Notes: generated by a model from the sequence alone, not told the origin. A DNA stretch of 64,000 nucleotides from an uncultured delta proteobacterium (GCA_963810935.1 CAWEPK010000009.1:224001-288000), one strand, 5' to 3'; positions 10,186 through 23,225 are shown, numbered from the stretch's first letter. A program made the numbers and translations.

Positions 10186-13100
10186 CGGCTCCTCCCCATC
10201 GGCAAGGATAGGCGGAAGCTCTTCCGGTGGTTTCTCAGGGACATCGAGAGATACCATCTCGTAACTCCGGTATTTCGAGAAGCCCGTCCCCGCGGGGATT
10301 ATCCTCCCCATAATCACGTTCTCTTTGAGGCCGCGCAGGTAATCGACCCGGCCCTCGATGGACGCCTGGGTCAGTACCTTGGTAGTATCCTGGAAGCTGG
10401 CCGCCGAGATGAAGCTGTCCGTAATCAGCGACGCCTTGGTGATGCCCAGGAAGAGCGACTCCGCCGTTGCAGGCGTGCCTCCCTTCTCCATGACGCGCCT
10501 GTTCTCCTCCTCGAAGACCCACCACTCGACCGGCTCGTCGATGATGAAGTTCGTGTCCCCGACTTCCTTTATCCTTACGCGCTTGAGCATCTGCCTGACG
10601 ATGATCTCTATGTGTTTGTCGTTGATCTTGACACCCTGGAGCTGGTATACCTCCTGGATCTCGTCGACCAGGTAGCGCGCCAGGTCCTTGGTGCCGAGGA
10701 TACGGAGCACGTCGTGCGGATTGACGGGGCCGTCGATAAGCGCCTCGCCCGCCCTCACGTAATCGCCCTCGTGGACGATGATGTGCTTGCCCCGCTGGAT
10801 GCTGTATTTGCGCGTCTCTCCGCGCTCCGGCGTCACGACGATCTCTCTTTTGCCTTTCTGCAGCTTGCCGAACGAGACGAGGCCGGAGATCTCCGTTACC
10901 GTAGCGCTCTCTTTCGGGCGCCTTGCCTCAAACAGCTCTGCGACCCTGGGCAGACCGCCGGTAATGTCCTTCGTCTTGGTGGTCTCCCTGGGCATTTTCG
11001 ATATGGCGTCGCCGGCAAAGATGTCGTCGCCCTCGTTAACGACTATATGGGCGCCGATGGGCAGGATGTAGCGGGCCGGGCTCTGTGTGCCCGGTATCAT
11101 TATGGTCCTCGCCTTCTCGTCCTTTATTGAGATGCGGGGCCGCAGCTCGGCGTCGCGGCTCTCGATGATGACCTTGTAGGCAAGGCCCGTAACCTCATCG
11201 ACCCGCTCCTGCATGGTCATGCCTTCGAGGATGTCGCCGAACTTCACCTTACCCGACACCTCCGAAAGAATAGGCGTCGTCCAGGGGTCCCACTCGGCCA
11301 GCGTCTGGCCTTCGCTCACTTTCTGGCCCTCCGCAACTTTCAGCCTTGCGCCGTAGATGATCGAATATTTTTCCCTCTCGTGGCCGGCCTCGTTGACGAG
11401 GAGCACTTCGCCGTTCCGGTTCATTACGACCGGCTGCCCCTCTTTGTTGAGGACCATCTTGACGTTGACGAGCTTGACGTAGCCTTCGTTCCTGGCTTCA
11501 AGCGTAGACTGCTCGACGCGCCTTGAGGCCGCCCCGCCGATGTGGAATGTCCTCATGGTGAGCTGCGTGCCCGGCTCGCCGATCGACTGCGCCGCGATAA
11601 TGCCGACGGCCTCGCCGATGCTGACCAGCCTGCCGCGCGCGAGGTCCCTGCCGTAGCAGAGGGCGCAGACGCCCCTCCTGGACCTGCACGTGAGGACCGA
11701 ACGTATGCGGACCTTTTCGTAGCCCGCCTCGTCTACCCTCTTCAGGTGCTCTTCCCTGATCTCTTCGTTCCTCTTGACGATGATCTCTCCGTCGGGGTCC
11801 CTCAAATCGTCCAGCGAGACCCTCCCGAGGATCCTGGTGCCGAGCTGCTCGATAACCTCGCCGCCCTCTATCAGCGACGTCACTTCTATGCCGTCGAAGG
11901 TGCCGCAGTCCGTCTCGCCCACGATCACGTCATGGGCAACGTCGACGAGGCGCCTGGTCAGGTACCCGGAGTTGGCCGTCTTCAAAGCCGTGTCAGCGAG
12001 GCCTTTGCGGGCGCCGCTCGTAGAGATGAAGTACTGCAATACAGTCAGCCCCTCTCTGAAGTTGCTGGTGATCGGCGTCTCGATGATCTCGCCTGAAGGC
12101 TTGGCCATGAGGCCCCTCATGCCGGCGAGCTGTCTTATCTGCTGCGCGTTGCCTCTTGCGCCCGAATGGGCCATGATGAACATAGGGTTGAGGCTGTTCT
12201 GGTATTCCTGCTTGCCGTCCGGCGACGTGATCTTCTCGGACCCAAGCTCCCTCATCAACTCGTCGGCGATCCTTTCCGTAACGTCCGCCCAGATATCGAT
12301 TACCTTGTTGTAGCGCTCGCCGTCGGTGATGAGGCCTTCCGAGTACTGGTTCTGGACGACCTTGACCTCTTCGTAGGCCTTGTTTATCAGCTCTTCCTTT
12401 CGCTCCGGGATAATCATGTCGTCGATGGAGATGGAGATGCCGCCCATCGTGGCGTAGAAGAAGCCGACGCCTTTGAGCTTGTCCGAAAGGATGACCGTAG
12501 CCTTCTCGCCGCCCTGCCTGTAGCAGATGTCGACGAGCTGCCCTATCGACTTTTTGTCCATCACACGGTTTATGACCGGGAAGGGTATCATATCGGGGAT
12601 TACCTCCCGCAGGATGATCCTTCCGGGCGTTGTATCGACGAGCTGGGTCTCGGCGTCCGGCGTAATCTTCATCCTAACCCGCACACGCGCGTGGAGGTCG
12701 ATCTCGCCGGAATCATACGCCATCCGCACCTCTTCCGCGTCCGCGAACGTCTTGCCCTCGCCCGGCCTGTATTTCCGGTCGATAGTGAGGTAATATAGGC
12801 CGAGCACGATGTCCTGGGTAGGCACGATGATCGGCCTGCCGCTCGCAGGCGACAGGATATTGTTCGTCGACATCATTAGGACGCGCGCCTCGGACTGCGC
12901 CTCGATGGAGAGGGGCACGTGGACGGCCATCTGGTCCCCGTCGAAGTCCGCATTATAGGCGGGGCAGACGAGGGGGTGCAACTGGATCGCCTTGCCGTCT
13001 ATGAGCTGGGGCTCGAAGGCCTGGATGCCGAGCCTGTGCAGCGTGGGCGCCCTGTTCAGGAGCACCGGGTGCTCCTTTATAACGTCTTCAAGCATATCCC

Positions 13101-14325
13101 AGACCTCGGGACGCTCTTTCTCGACGAGCTTTTTCGCGTTCTTTATGGTCGTGGCAAAGCCTTTCTTTATGAGCCGGTTGTAAACGAAGGGCTTGAAAAG
13201 CTCCAGGGCCATATATTTCGGAAGGCCGCACTCGTGGAGCTTAAGCTCCGGGCCGACGACGATGACCGACCTGCCGGAATAATCGACCCTTTTGCCGAGC
13301 AGGTTCTGGCGGAACCGCCCCTGCTTGCCCCGCAGCATATCGGAGAGTGATTTGAGGGGCCTTTTGCTCGTGCCGGTGACTATACGGCCGCGCTTCGAAT
13401 TGTCGAAGAGGGCGTCCACCGCCTCCTGGAGCATCCTTTTCTCGTTCCTTATGATGATCTCCGGGGCGTTAAGCTCCATCAGCCTTTTGAGGCGGTTGTT
13501 CCTGTTGATAACTCTCCTGTAGAGGTCGTTCAGGTCGGAGGTCGCAAACCTGCCGCCGTCCAGGGGAACCAGGGGGCGAAGCTCAGGCGGGAGGACCGGG
13601 ATGATATCGAGGATCATCCAATCGGGCTTTACGCCGGAGATACGGAACGCATCGACGACCTTCAGCCTCCTCGCCAGCTTCTTCCTCTTGGCGTCGGAGG
13701 ACGTCTCCCTCATCTCCTCCCTGATGCTTTTCCCCACCTGCTCCACGTCGATCTTCCGGAGGCACTCGCGCATCGCCTCGGCGCCTATGCCGCCCGAGAA
13801 TTTGTCGCCGTGTTTTTCTTTGGCTTCGAGGTATTTGTCCTCGGTTATAAGCTCGCAAAAGCTGTATTGGGACGGGCCGGGCTCGACGACGATGTACATC
13901 TCGAAATATAGGACGCGCTCGACCTCTTTGATGGTAAGCTCGAGGAGCGTCCCGATCTTGCTCGGCATGCTCTTCAGGAACCAGATGTGCGCGATGGGGG
14001 AGGCCAGGTGGATATGGCCCATCCTCTCGCGCCTGACCTTCGACTGTATTACCTCGACGCCGCACTTCTCGCAGATGATACCGCGGTGCTTCATCCTTTT
14101 GTATTTGCCGCAGATGCACTCATAGTCTTTCACGGGTCCGAAGATCCGCGCGCAGAAAAGCCCGTCCTTTTCCGGCTTGAAGGTCCGGTAGTTGATCGTC
14201 TCCGGCTTCTTCACTTCACCGAAAGACCATTTCTCGATCAATTCCGGCGAAGCCAGCGAGAGCTTCATCGCCGTATAGCTCAGCGGGTCTTTCTGTTTAT
14301 CGAAAATTTTGAAATAGTCGTCCAA
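10162..14325 (-). CDS. rpoC: RNA polymerase beta' subunit
   Basis: [23 protein letters not shown] zinc finger, [16 protein letters not shown] start after AAGGAGG. Confidence 0.99.
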   Translation of the reverse strand: MDDYFKIFDKQKDPLSYTAMKLSLASPELIEKWSFGEVKKPETINYRTFKPEKDGLFCARIFGPVKDYECICGKYKRMKHRGIICEKCGVEVIQSKVRRERMGHIHLASPIAHIWFLKSMPSKIGTLLELTIKEVERVLYFEMYIVVEPGPSQYSFCELITEDKYLEAKEKHGDKFSGGIGAEAMRECLRKIDVEQVGKSIREEMRETSSDAKRKKLARRLKVVDAFRISGVKPDWMILDIIPVLPPELRPLVPLDGGRFATSDLNDLYRRVINRNNRLKRLMELNAPEIIIRNEKRMLQEAVDALFDNSKRGRIVTGTSKRPLKSLSDMLRGKQGRFRQNLLGKRVDYSGRSVIVVGPELKLHECGLPKYMALELFKPFVYNRLIKKGFATTIKNAKKLVEKERPEVWDMLEDVIKEHPVLLNRAPTLHRLGIQAFEPQLIDGKAIQLHPLVCPAYNADFDGDQMAVHVPLSIEAQSEARVLMMSTNNILSPASGRPIIVPTQDIVLGLYYLTIDRKYRPGEGKTFADAEEVRMAYDSGEIDLHARVRVRMKITPDAETQLVDTTPGRIILREVIPDMIPFPVINRVMDKKSIGQLVDICYRQGGEKATVILSDKLKGVGFFYATMGGISISIDDMIIPERKEELINKAYEEVKVVQNQYSEGLITDGERYNKVIDIWADVTERIADELMRELGSEKITSPDGKQEYQNSLNPMFIMAHSGARGNAQQIRQLAGMRGLMAKPSGEIIETPITSNFREGLTVLQYFISTSGARKGLADTALKTANSGYLTRRLVDVAHDVIVGETDCGTFDGIEVTSLIEGGEVIEQLGTRILGRVSLDDLRDPDGEIIVKRNEEIREEHLKRVDEAGYEKVRIRSVLTCRSRRGVCALCYGRDLARGRLVSIGEAVGIIAAQSIGEPGTQLTMRTFHIGGAASRRVEQSTLEARNEGYVKLVNVKMVLNKEGQPVVMNRNGEVLLVNEAGHEREKYSIIYGARLKVAEGQKVSEGQTLAEWDPWTTPILSEVSGKVKFGDILEGMTMQERVDEVTGLAYKVIIESRDAELRPRISIKDEKARTIMIPGTQSPARYILPIGAHIVVNEGDDIFAGDAISKMPRETTKTKDITGGLPRVAELFEARRPKESATVTEISGLVSFGKLQKGKREIVVTPERGETRKYSIQRGKHIIVHEGDYVRAGEALIDGPVNPHDVLRILGTKDLARYLVDEIQEVYQLQGVKINDKHIEIIVRQMLKRVRIKEVGDTNFIIDEPVEWWVFEEENRRVMEKGGTPATAESLFLGITKASLITDSFISAASFQDTTKVLTQASIEGRVDYLRGLKENVIMGRIIPAGTGFSKYRSYEMVSLDVPEKPPEELPPILADGEEPLVEGAAP

Positions 14326-14335
14326 AACGGCCTCC

Positions 14336-17300
14336 TTATTCTTCTTCTTCTTTGATCAAGTCAACGTTGATGCAGAGGCTTTGCAGCTCTTTCACCAAAA
14401 CGTTGAACGATTCAGGCAGCGAGGGCTCCAGCACGTCCTCGCCTTTGACGATGGACTCGTAAGCCTTCACCCTGCCGCTCACGTCGTCCGACTTGATCGT
14501 GAGGAATTCCTGAAGCGAATAGGCAGCCCCATAAGCTTCTAAGGCCCATACTTCCATCTCGCCCAGCCTCTGGCCGCCGAACTGCGCCTTCCCGCCGAGG
14601 GGCTGCTGCGTAACGAGCGAATAAGGCCCGATGGAACGGGCGTGTATCTTGTCATCCACCAGGTGGTGGAGCTTGAGGATGTACATATAGCCTATGGTCA
14701 CCTTGTGGTGGAACGGGTCTCCCGTCCTTCCATCGTAAAGCGTGATCTGCCTCGTATCGGGCAGGCCCGCCATCTTGAAGGCTTCGCTGATTTCTTCTTC
14801 CTTTGCGCCGTCGAAGACGGGGACAGCTATGTGGACGCCCTCCTTGACCTGGTTCGCAAGCTCAACCAGCTCGTCTTCAGTCAGCTTCTTCAGGAACTCC
14901 TGCATATCCGCGTGCCCGAAAATCTCCCTCATGCGGCTGCGGAGCAGGGCAGCATTGTTCTTATCGACGAGCCTGCCTATTGTCTTGCCGAGCTCGACGG
15001 ACGCCCAGCCGAGGTGGGTCTCCAGTATCTGGCCCGCGTTCATACGTGAAGGCACGCCCAGGGGGTTCAGGACTACGTCGACGGCGGTCCCGTCCTCGGT
15101 AAACGGCATGTCTTCTTCGGGCAGGATAACCGAGACGATGCCCTTGTTGCCGTGCCGCCCGGATATCTTGTCGCCTACGGCTATCTTGCGCTTCATGGCC
15201 ACGTAGACCTTGATCGTCTTCAAGACGCCCGGCGGAAGCTCGTCGCCCTTCTTGATCTTGTTTATCTTGTCTTCGTAATAGAGCTTTATCAGCTCGATCT
15301 GGTTCTCTTTGCCGTCTACGATCTTGGAGACCCTTGCCTCCAGGTCCTTGTCATCGAAATCGATATCATGCAGCTTATCGACGTTGATCGCGTTGATCTT
15401 CTCGCTGGTAAAGGCCTCGCCTTTCTTGACGACCACCTTGCCTTTGCCGTCTTTGATCTCCCTCGGCGCCGTCTTCCCTAAGAGAAGGTCCTGCACCTTG
15501 TCCCTGGTCGAATCGAGAATTATCCTGACCTGGTCTTCCTGGTCTTTGAGGATGTTCGATATCTCTATGTCCTCGATGAGCCTCGACCGCTCGTCCTTGT
15601 CGATGCCCCTGCGCGAGAGCACTTTGACGTCTATGACGATGCCTTCGATGCCGTGTGGTATCCGCAGCGACGTATCCTTTACGTCTCCGGCTTTCTCACC
15701 GAAGATCGCGCGCAGCAGTTTCTCTTCCGGCGTAAGCTGGGTTTCGCCCTTTGGCGTGACTTTGCCGACCAGGATGTCCCCTGCCCGCACCGTTGCGCCT
15801 ATGCGGATTATGCCCGAGTCGTCCAGGTCCTTCAGGGCCTCGTCGCCTACGTTCGGGATATCGCGGGTGACCTCTTCCTTGCCGAGCTTCGTGTCCCTGA
15901 CGACGCATTCGAGCTCCTCGATGTGTATCGAGGTGAAGCTGTCTTCAGCGACCAGTCTCTCGTTGATCAGGACGGAGTCCTCGTAGTTGTACCCCCTCCA
16001 CGGCATAAAGGCTACCATTACGTTCTTGCCCAGGGCAAGCTCGCCCCTGTCCGTAGAAGGGCCGTCCGCCAGGACCTCTCCCTTTTTGACATAGTCGCCT
16101 TTCCGTACTATCACGCGCTGGTTTATGCACGTGTCCTGGTTGGACCGGCGGAACTTCAGGAGGTTATAGACGTCGATTTTTGTGACCGGCTCCTCGCCTT
16201 TTTTCTTATCTTCGTACTTGAGGATGATCCGGTTCGCGTCCACGCTTTCCACGACGCCGTCGTACTTGGCCACGATGCTGACCCGCGAGTCTCTACCCAC
16301 TATGCGCTCCATGCCGGTGCCTATGAGGGGCGCCTCCGTCCTGAGTAGGGGCACTGCCTGCCGCTGCATGTTGGAGCCCATGAGAGCACGGTTCGCGTCG
16401 TCATGCTCGAGGAACGGAATCAAAGACGCCGAGACCGAGACGAGCTGCTTCGGGGAGACGTCCATGAGGTCGATCGACATGGGGTCTATCCAGAAGAAGC
16501 CGCCGCCCTTTCTGGCGGAGACGAGGTCCGTTTGGAAGCGCCCGTCCGCATCGACCGGCGCGTTCGCCTGGGCCACGTAATACTGCTCCTCTTCTAGGGC
16601 GCTCATATACTTGATGTTGTTCGTTACGCGACCGTTGATAACTTCACGGTACGGCGTCTCGATGAACCCGTATTCGTTGACGCGGGCGTACGTCGAGAGC
16701 GACGCGATAAGGCCGATGTTCGGTCCTTCCGGGGTCTCGATCGGGCAAATCCGGCCGTAGTGCGTCGGGTGGACGTCGCGCACCTCGAAACCTGCCCGCT
16801 CCCTGGTGAGGCCGCCCGGCCCGAGGGCCGAGAGCCTGCGCTTGTGGGTGATCTCGGAAAGCGGGTTCGTCTGGTCCATGAACTGCGAAAGCTGGCTGCT
16901 CGCGAAGAAGTCCTTGACTGCCGTAGCGACCGGCTTCGGGTTTACCAGGTCGTGCGGCATGAGCGTTTCCATCTCGGGGAAAGTAAGCCTTTCCTTGATA
17001 GCCCGCTCCATTCGCACAAGGCCCATCCTGAACTGGTTCTCCAGCAGCTCGCCTACCGTCCTGACCCTCCTGTTCCCCAGGTGGTCGATGTCGTCGCCGG
17101 AGCCCCTCGTATCCTTCAAGCGGAGAAGCTGGTGGACAACTTCGATGATGTCCTCCCTGCGCAGGGTCGTCTCATCCAGCGGGATGCCCAGGCCGAGCCG
17201 GTGGTTCATCTTGAGCCTGCCGACCTTCGACAGGTCGTAACGCTCGGGGCTGAAGAACATGTTATGGACAAGGGCTTCTGCAAACTCGTACGTGGGCGGG

Positions 17301-18443
17301 TCGCCCGGCCGCAGCTTCCTGTATATCTCGAGGAGCGCTTCGTCCTTGCCGCCTGCCTTGTCGATAAGGAGCGTGTCCCGGAGCGAAGAGCTCGACGTTC
17401 AGGTTGTCGATGAAAAGGACTTCAAAGCTCTTTATGTTGCGGGCGGTTATCTTCGTCAGATCGTCTTCGGTGATCTCCTTGTTGATCGGGACGATCACTT
17501 CTTTCGTCTCCGGATCGATTATGCTGGCCGCCACCACCTTGCCGATGACGTCCTGCTCATCGACCGGTATCTTGACGATATTCGCCTGCTCCATCTTCTT
17601 GATGACGCCCTTGGTGATCTTCTTGTGCTTCTTGACCAGCACCTCGTCCGTCTTGGTGTTGATGATATCGGCCGGGGCCTTCTGACCCAGGAGCAGCTCG
17701 AAAGGCGTCTCTTTGAAGACTTTTCCGTCTTTTATGCTGACCGTTTCCTTCTCATAGAAGTAATCGAGAATCTCCTTCTCCGAATAGCCCAGCGCCCGCA
17801 GAAGGAGGGTTACGGGAATTTTCTTCCGTTTGTCGATGCGAACATAAAGGAGCTCTTTGTGGTCGAACTCGAAATCGAGCCAGGAGCCCCGGTACGGGAT
17901 GATCCTTGCCGTGTAGGCGAAGTTGCCGCTGAAGGGCGCTTTCGACTGGTCGCAGTCGAAGTAGACGCCGGGCGAGCGATGGAGCTGGCTGACGATGACC
18001 CGCTCTGTCCCGTTGATGATGAACGTCCCCCTCTCAGTCATGAGAGGTATCTCCCCGAAATAGACGTCCTGTTCCTTTACAGCCTTTATATCTTTTATCT
18101 TGGTGTTCGGATCGACGTTGAAGACGACGAGCCGTATCGTAACCTTCATGGGGGAGGCAAAGGTGAGACCCCGGACGATGCACTCCTCCTCGGAATACTT
18201 AGGATCGCCGATCTCGTACTGGACGAACTCCAGCGAGGTCGTCTCGTGCGAGTCCTTTATGGGGAAGACGCTGGTGAAAACCGCCTGAAGCCCCACGCTG
18301 GTCCGCTCTTCCACGGGTATGTCCTTCTGGAGGAAGATTTCGTACGAACTTAACTGAATCTCGATAAGATTGGAAATATCGAGAACCTCTTTGAGCTTCC
18401 CGTACGTCTTTCTCACAATCTTATTATGAAAGGTTTGCCTCAT
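14336..18443 (-). CDS. rpoB: RNA polymerase beta subunit, interrupted by one extra base near 17394 (probably a sequence error)
   Basis: The N-part ([21 protein letters not shown]) runs to FIDNLNV. The conserved continuation [12 protein letters not shown]...[13 protein letters not shown] is in the frame of ORF 14336..17260 ([22 protein letters not shown]). Confidence 0.95.
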
Positions 18444-18470
18444 ATCCTGTTCACCTCTTGTTTGAACGTT

Positions 18471-18494
18471 GGGGGCAAAGTTTCCTTTGCCCCC
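18471..18494 (-). terminator. GC-rich hairpin between rplL and rpoB (possible attenuator or processing site)
   Basis: Perfect 10-bp stem GGGGGCAAAG-4 nt-CTTTGCCCCC; no clear U-tract. Confidence 0.4.
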
Positions 18495-18515
18495 CGGTAG
18501 CCGATGCCAAAATTA

Positions 18516-18902
18516 CTACTCAACCTTAACCTGGCCGCTCACCTCTTCGAGCTGCTTTTTGACGTTCTCCGCTTCCTGCTTGGAAACGCCTTCCTTCACA
18601 GCCTTGGGGACGCCTTCTACCAGGTCTTTAGCCTCTTTGAGGCCGAGGCTCGTTACGGCCCTCACCACCTTGATTACCTGTATCTTCTTGTCCGCCTCAT
18701 AACCGGTGAGCACTACGTTGAACTCCGTCTGCTCCTCAACCGGCTCTGCAGCCGCTGCCGCAGGGGCCGCTCCGCCGCCCATCATCATCGGCATCGCCGC
18801 CGTCACGCCGAACTTCTCCTCGAGCGTCTTTATGAATTCGGAAAGCTCCAGGACGGTCATATTCTCGATGTAGCTTATTACGTCTTCTTTGGTTGCAGCC
18901 AT
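18516..18902 (-). CDS. rplL: 50S ribosomal protein L7/L12
   Basis: [24 protein letters not shown] and [11 protein letters not shown]. Confidence 0.98.
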   Translation of the reverse strand: MAATKEDVISYIENMTVLELSEFIKTLEEKFGVTAAMPMMMGGGAAPAAAAAEPVEEQTEFNVVLTGYEADKKIQVIKVVRAVTSLGLKEAKDLVEGVPKAVKEGVSKQEAENVKKQLEEVSGQVKVE

Positions 18903-18917
18903 TTAATCGATCCTCCT

Positions 18918-19439
18918 TTACACAGTCTCTTTTTTTGCCTTGATAGCGTTCAGCGTCAGCATAAGCTGCATGAGGTTGCCGGACAAAGCGCCGACGAGCC
19001 TCTGAGGCATGCTGAGCAGAAGACCGAGCAGCTTGCCGACGAGGACGTCCTTCGACGGCAGCGTTGCCAGCGTAAGTACGTCCTGCGCTTTGATCCTCTT
19101 GTTACCCAGTAACCCCGATTTGAGCTTGAGCTTTGGCACTTCCTTCGCTATTGCCGCGAGGACTTTTGCCACGCCGACCGGGTCCTTATAGCTGTAAATT
19201 ACCGCGTTGGGACCCGCAAACTCGTCTTTGAGCGCCTCTACGTTCTTCCCCTTTGCGGCGATCGCGAAGAGCGTGTTCTTCATGACCTTGAACTCTCCAC
19301 CCACATGGTCGAGCTCTCTGCGGAGCTTCGATATCTGGGCGACGTTCATGCCGCTGTATTCCGCGAGGAACAGGGCGCCGGCCCGCTTGAGCCTTTCGTC
19401 AAGCTCACTGACCTGCTTTTCTTTTGCCTTTCTTTCCAA
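18918..19439 (-). CDS. rplJ: 50S ribosomal protein L10
   Basis: FKVMKNTL and LATLPSKDVL; TTG start after AAGGAGG; synteny. Confidence 0.97.
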   Translation of the reverse strand: MERKAKEKQVSELDERLKRAGALFLAEYSGMNVAQISKLRRELDHVGGEFKVMKNTLFAIAAKGKNVEALKDEFAGPNAVIYSYKDPVGVAKVLAAIAKEVPKLKLKSGLLGNKRIKAQDVLTLATLPSKDVLVGKLLGLLLSMPQRLVGALSGNLMQLMLTLNAIKAKKETV

Positions 19440-19464
19440 TTGTCGTCATCCCTCCTTTCGTTGA

Positions 19465-19568
19465 ATTATGTATGGAAAGTCAGAAGAGACGAAACTGCGT
19501 GTTCGTGTCTCGGCAGGCCGCTTTTCCCGTTTGACCGGATGCCCCGGCACCTGCTGTCTCTGACGCCT
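19465..19568 (-). promoter_or_regulatory. L10 leader (r-protein autoregulatory RNA)
   Basis: Minus strand GTCAGAGACAGCAGG...CCTGCCGAGAC matches the L10-leader pattern, in the rplA-rplJ spacer; boundaries approximate. Confidence 0.75.
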
Positions 19569-19571
19569 TCC

Positions 19572-20276
19572 CTATTTTGTCAGGCTCCTCACATAGGCAG
19601 GATCGATTTTCACTCCAGGGCTCATTGTTCTTGATACGGCGATGCCCTTTACGAAGGTGCCTTTGCTTGATGCAGGCTTCAGCCTTACAATCGCATCGAA
19701 GAGCGTGCTGATGTTCTCCCTTAGCTTTTCCGGCCCAAAACTCCCCTTGCCGACGGGTACGTGGAGGTTCCCTGCCTTGTCGACGCGGAACTCTACGCGC
19801 CCCGCTTTCAGCTCGTTGACGGCCTTCGCCACGTCGAATGTTACGGTGCCGACCTTCGGGTTGGGCATGAGGCCCCTGGGTCCCAGTATCTTGCCGAGCT
19901 TACTGACCGCCCCCATCATGTCGGGAGTGGCAATTGCCTTGTCGAAATCGAGCCAGCCTTTCTGTATCTTCTCGATATAGTCGTCGGAGCCGACGTAGTC
20001 AGCGCCGGCTTCCTCGGCCTCTTTTTCCTTCTGTCCCTTGGCAAAAACGAGAATCCGCACCTTCTTGCCCAGCCCGTTCGGCAGCACTACCGAGCCGCGC
20101 ACCATCTGGTCTGCGTGCCGGGGGTCTACGCCGAGGCGCATGGCGACTTCTACGGTCTCATCGAATTTTCTCTCAGGCATCTGGGCGAGCAGGTCGAGAG
20201 CTTCCTCGAGGCTATAGCGCTTTTCCCTGTCTACCTTCTCGATTGCTTCCTTATATTTCTTCGATTGTTCTGCCAT
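19572..20276 (-). CDS. rplA: 50S ribosomal protein L1
   Basis: [21 protein letters not shown] and [16 protein letters not shown]. Confidence 0.98.
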   Translation of the reverse strand: MAEQSKKYKEAIEKVDREKRYSLEEALDLLAQMPERKFDETVEVAMRLGVDPRHADQMVRGSVVLPNGLGKKVRILVFAKGQKEKEAEEAGADYVGSDDYIEKIQKGWLDFDKAIATPDMMGAVSKLGKILGPRGLMPNPKVGTVTFDVAKAVNELKAGRVEFRVDKAGNLHVPVGKGSFGPEKLRENISTLFDAIVRLKPASSKGTFVKGIAVSRTMSPGVKIDPAYVRSLTK

Positions 20277-20378
20277 CTCTCTCACCCCTTCAAAAAATAA
20301 AGACTCTCAGCACAGCAATCCTCTTGCGTTGCCCGGGTCTTGAATAAGCTTAAATTGTGAGCTTGCCTTAACGCTTTA

Positions 20379-20807
20379 TCAGCCCTCCACTACCTCCAGT
20401 CCCATACTCCTCGCGGACCCCTCCACGATTTTCATCGCGCCTGCAAGGTCCTTTGCATTCAGGTCCGGCATCTTGAGCTGCGCGATCTCCTTGACCTGCG
20501 ACTTCGTAACCTGCCCCACGGTCTCTTTTTTGGGGTTGCTCGCCCCCTTGGCCAGCTTTACCGCCTTCTTGAGGAGAAAGGAGACGGGGGGCGTCTTCAT
20601 TATAAAGGTAAAAGTCCGGTCGGAGTATATAGTGATAAGCACAGGAATGATGGTCCCTTCCTGCGTCTTCGTCCTCTCGTTGAAGGCCTTGCAAAACTCC
20701 ATGATATTAACGCCGTGCTGGCCCAGGGCCGGGCCCACGGGCGGCGAAGGCGTTGCCTGACCCGCCGACAATTGAAGCTTTACCAACGCGGCAACTTTCT
20801 TTGCCAT
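20379..20807 (-). CDS. rplK: 50S ribosomal protein L11
   Basis: [26 protein letters not shown] and KMPDLNA. Confidence 0.98.
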   Translation of the reverse strand: MAKKVAALVKLQLSAGQATPSPPVGPALGQHGVNIMEFCKAFNERTKTQEGTIIPVLITIYSDRTFTFIMKTPPVSFLLKKAVKLAKGASNPKKETVGQVTKSQVKEIAQLKMPDLNAKDLAGAMKIVEGSARSMGLEVVEG

Positions 20808-20822
20808 TTTGTAAGATCTCCT

Positions 20823-21353
20823 TTACATTTTTTCTATCTGCATAAAATCCAGCTCTACGGGCGTCGTCCTTCCGAAGATATTGAGGAGGACCTTGACCTT
20901 GCCCTTCTCGGGCTTGATCTCCTCGACGCTTCCCGTAAAATTCGAAAAGGGACCCTCGATCACCTTGACGCTGTCTCCTTTGTCAAACCTGATCTTCGGT
21001 TTTATCTTCCCCTTCCCTTCCTGGATCGCAGAAACTATGTCCTTTATCTCGTCGTCCGGCAGCGGGGTGGGCTTCATGCCGTAGCCGACGAACCCCGTCA
21101 CCTTCGGCGTATTGCGCACCAGGTACCACGTATCCTCGTTCATGTCCATCTGGACGATGATATAACCGGGAAATATGGTCCTCTGCGACTTTTTCGCCTG
21201 CCCCTTCACCCGCTCCATTATGATCTCGGAGGGCACTATTATCTCGGCGAATTGGTCTTCCATCCCGCTGGTCCGTATCCGCTCTTCGAGCGCTTCCTTG
21301 ACCTTTTGCTCGTAGCCTGAATACGTATGCACTACATACCATTTCTTTTCCAT
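20823..21353 (-). CDS. nusG: Transcription termination/antitermination factor NusG
   Basis: WYVVHTYSGYE, FPGYI, VRNTPKVTGFV, KOW GPFSNF and IFGRTTPVEL. Confidence 0.98.
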   Translation of the reverse strand: MEKKWYVVHTYSGYEQKVKEALEERIRTSGMEDQFAEIIVPSEIIMERVKGQAKKSQRTIFPGYIIVQMDMNEDTWYLVRNTPKVTGFVGYGMKPTPLPDDEIKDIVSAIQEGKGKIKPKIRFDKGDSVKVIEGPFSNFTGSVEEIKPEKGKVKVLLNIFGRTTPVELDFMQIEKM

Positions 21354-21357
21354 CGAT

Positions 21358-21561
21358 TTATCCACGGAACAGGACCTGGATGATTTTAGCGAGCCCTACG
21401 TCCACTATCCCCAGAAAGACGGCCGCGACGAATACCGTGATGAGTACCACGTAAGTGCCTTTCATGGTTTCCTTCCTGGAGGGGAAGGTAACGCGCTTCG
21501 TCTCCACGTAGACTTCCTTGAAGTACGTCTTAACCTGGTCGACTATCTCTCTTGTATTCAT
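21358..21561 (-). CDS. secE: Preprotein translocase subunit SecE
   Basis: ETKRVTFPSRKE plus one TM helix; lies between tRNA-Trp and nusG. Confidence 0.93.
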   Translation of the reverse strand: MNTREIVDQVKTYFKEVYVETKRVTFPSRKETMKGTYVVLITVFVAAVFLGIVDVGLAKIIQVLFRG

Positions 21562-21578
21562 CGCGTCTCCAGTACAAA

Positions 21579-21652
21579 CAGGCCAGGAGGGATTCGAACC
21601 CCCAACACCCGGATTTGGAGTCCGGTGCTCTATCCGTTAGAGCTACTGGCCT
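21579..21652 (-). tRNA. tRNA-Trp (CCA); 3' CCA end not encoded
   Basis: AGGCCAGTAGCTC...CCGGA-CTCCAAA-TCCGG...GGTTCGAATCC...TGGCCTG cloverleaf. Confidence 0.95.
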
Positions 21653-21653
21653 A

Positions 21654-21803
21654 CTATTTGGTTTCCTTATGCGCCGTATGTTTTTTGCAAAACTTGCAGT
21701 ACTTCTTCATCTCCAGCCTGTCGGGCGTCTTCTGCTTGTTTTTAGAGGTCGTATAGTTCCTGTTCTTGCAGTCGGAACAGGCCAGTATCACCAATTGCCT
21801 CAT
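21654..21803 (-). CDS. rpmG: 50S ribosomal protein L33 (Zn-binding type); absent from the ORF track
   Basis: Manual translation [56 protein letters not shown]. Confidence 0.96.
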   Translation of the reverse strand: MRQLVILACSDCKNRNYTTSKNKQKTPDRLEMKKYCKFCKKHTAHKETK

Positions 21804-21828
21804 CGTTCTACCTCTTCTATGGCTCTAT

Positions 21829-22013
21829 TATTGGGGCTGGCGTCGCCCCCTCCACGAACAAAGTCCGTGGAGCCTCCCCCTCATAAAGAGGAAGAGGCAT
21901 TAAAAACTACTCTATCTATCGGGGCCGGCGTCGCCCCCTCCACGGACGAAGTCCGTCGGGGTACCCGCTTTAGCGGGTCGTCCTCCTCATAAAAAGGAAG
22001 AGGCATTAAAAAC
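21829..22013 (+). repeat. Two tandem copies of a dispersed two-hairpin (REP-like) repeat
   Basis: TATYGGGGCYGGCGTCGCCCCCTCCAC..hairpin..CCTCATAAARAGGAAGAGGCATT twice. The same element occurs at 53778-53852 (-) and 59002-59146. Confidence 0.85.
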
Positions 22014-22025
22014 ATACCGGCCATA

Positions 22026-23225
22026 TTACTCTAATATCTCCGTCACTACTCCGGCGCCTACGGTCTTGCCGCCTTCCCTGATGGCGAAGCGCAGCTCTTT
22101 CTCAAGGGCGATCTGGGTCACGAGATCTACGGTAATGGTGACGTTGTCGCCGGGCATGATCATCTCAACGCCTTCGGGGAGATGGACTATGCCCGTCACG
22201 TCGGTGGTGCGCAGGTAGAACTGGGGACGGTAGCCCGTGAAGAAGGGGGTATGGCGGCCTCCCTCTTCCTTGCTCAGCACGTAGACCTCGGCCTTGAACT
22301 TCGTATGGGGGGTTATCGAGCCCGGCTTAGCCAGGACCTGACCCCTTTCGACCTCGTCCTTCTTGGTGCCGCGGAGAAGGACGCCTATGTTGTCGCCCGC
22401 CTGTCCCTGATCTAAGATCTTGCGGAACATCTCTACGGATGTGGCAACTGTCTTCTGGGTGGGGGTGAAGCCTATGATCTCCACCTCTTCACCGGGCTTT
22501 ACGACTCCACGCTCCACGCGGCCCGTTACGACGGTGCCACGGCCCGAGATGGAGAAGACGTCCTCTATAGGCATGAGGAAGGGCTTGTCCGTGTCGCGGA
22601 CCGGCTCGGGGATATAGGAGTCGCAGGCATCGAGGAGCTCGAAGATGCTCTTGCAGTGGGGGCAGTCGGGCTTGCCGTCTCCGCACTCTAAGGCTTTAAG
22701 AGCAGAGCCCTTTATGATCGGTATCTTGTCTCCGGGGAACTCGTAAGCGGTAAGAAGCTCGCGCAGCTCCAGCTCGACAAGCTCTATAAGCTCGGGGTCG
22801 TCTACCATGTCGACCTTGTTCAGGTAGACAACGACGTAGGGGACGCCGACCTGGCGGGCAAGGAGGATATGCTCCCTTGTCTGCGGCATGGGGCCGTCGT
22901 TTGCGCCCACGACAAGGATGGCGCCGTCCATCTGGGCCGCCCCTGTGATCATGTTCTTTATATAGTCAGCATGGCCCGGACAGTCCACGTGTGCGTAGTG
23001 GCGCTTATCCGTCTCGTATTCCACGTGGGCGGTTGCGATCGTTATGCCCCTTTCCTTCTCCTCGGGGGCCTTATCTATCTGATCGAACGGTATCCATTCC
23101 GCAAATCCCTTGTTGGCAAGACAGCGGGTGATGGCGGATGTCAGGGTTGTCTTCCCGTGGTCGATGTGGCCTATGGTGCCTACATTGACATGGGGTTTTT
23201 TGCGCTCGAACTTTTTCTTAGCCAT
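22026..23225 (-). CDS. tuf: Elongation factor Tu
   Basis: [21 protein letters not shown] and GGRHTPFF. Confidence 0.99.
   Translation of the reverse strand: MAKKKFERKKPHVNVGTIGHIDHGKTTLTSAITRCLANKGFAEWIPFDQIDKAPEEKERGITIATAHVEYETDKRHYAHVDCPGHADYIKNMITGAAQMDGAILVVGANDGPMPQTREHILLARQVGVPYVVVYLNKVDMVDDPELIELVELELRELLTAYEFPGDKIPIIKGSALKALECGDGKPDCPHCKSIFELLDACDSYIPEPVRDTDKPFLMPIEDVFSISGRGTVVTGRVERGVVKPGEEVEIIGFTPTQKTVATSVEMFRKILDQGQAGDNIGVLLRGTKKDEVERGQVLAKPGSITPHTKFKAEVYVLSKEEGGRHTPFFTGYRPQFYLRTTDVTGIVHLPEGVEMIMPGDNVTITVDLVTQIALEKELRFAIREGGKTVGAGVVTEILE

Noticed and set aside
14336..18443. Genuinely split rpoB (two subunits)
   Set aside because: Conserved residues run through the junction upstream of the second ORF's ATG, that ATG has no RBS, and removing one base restores a normal gene.
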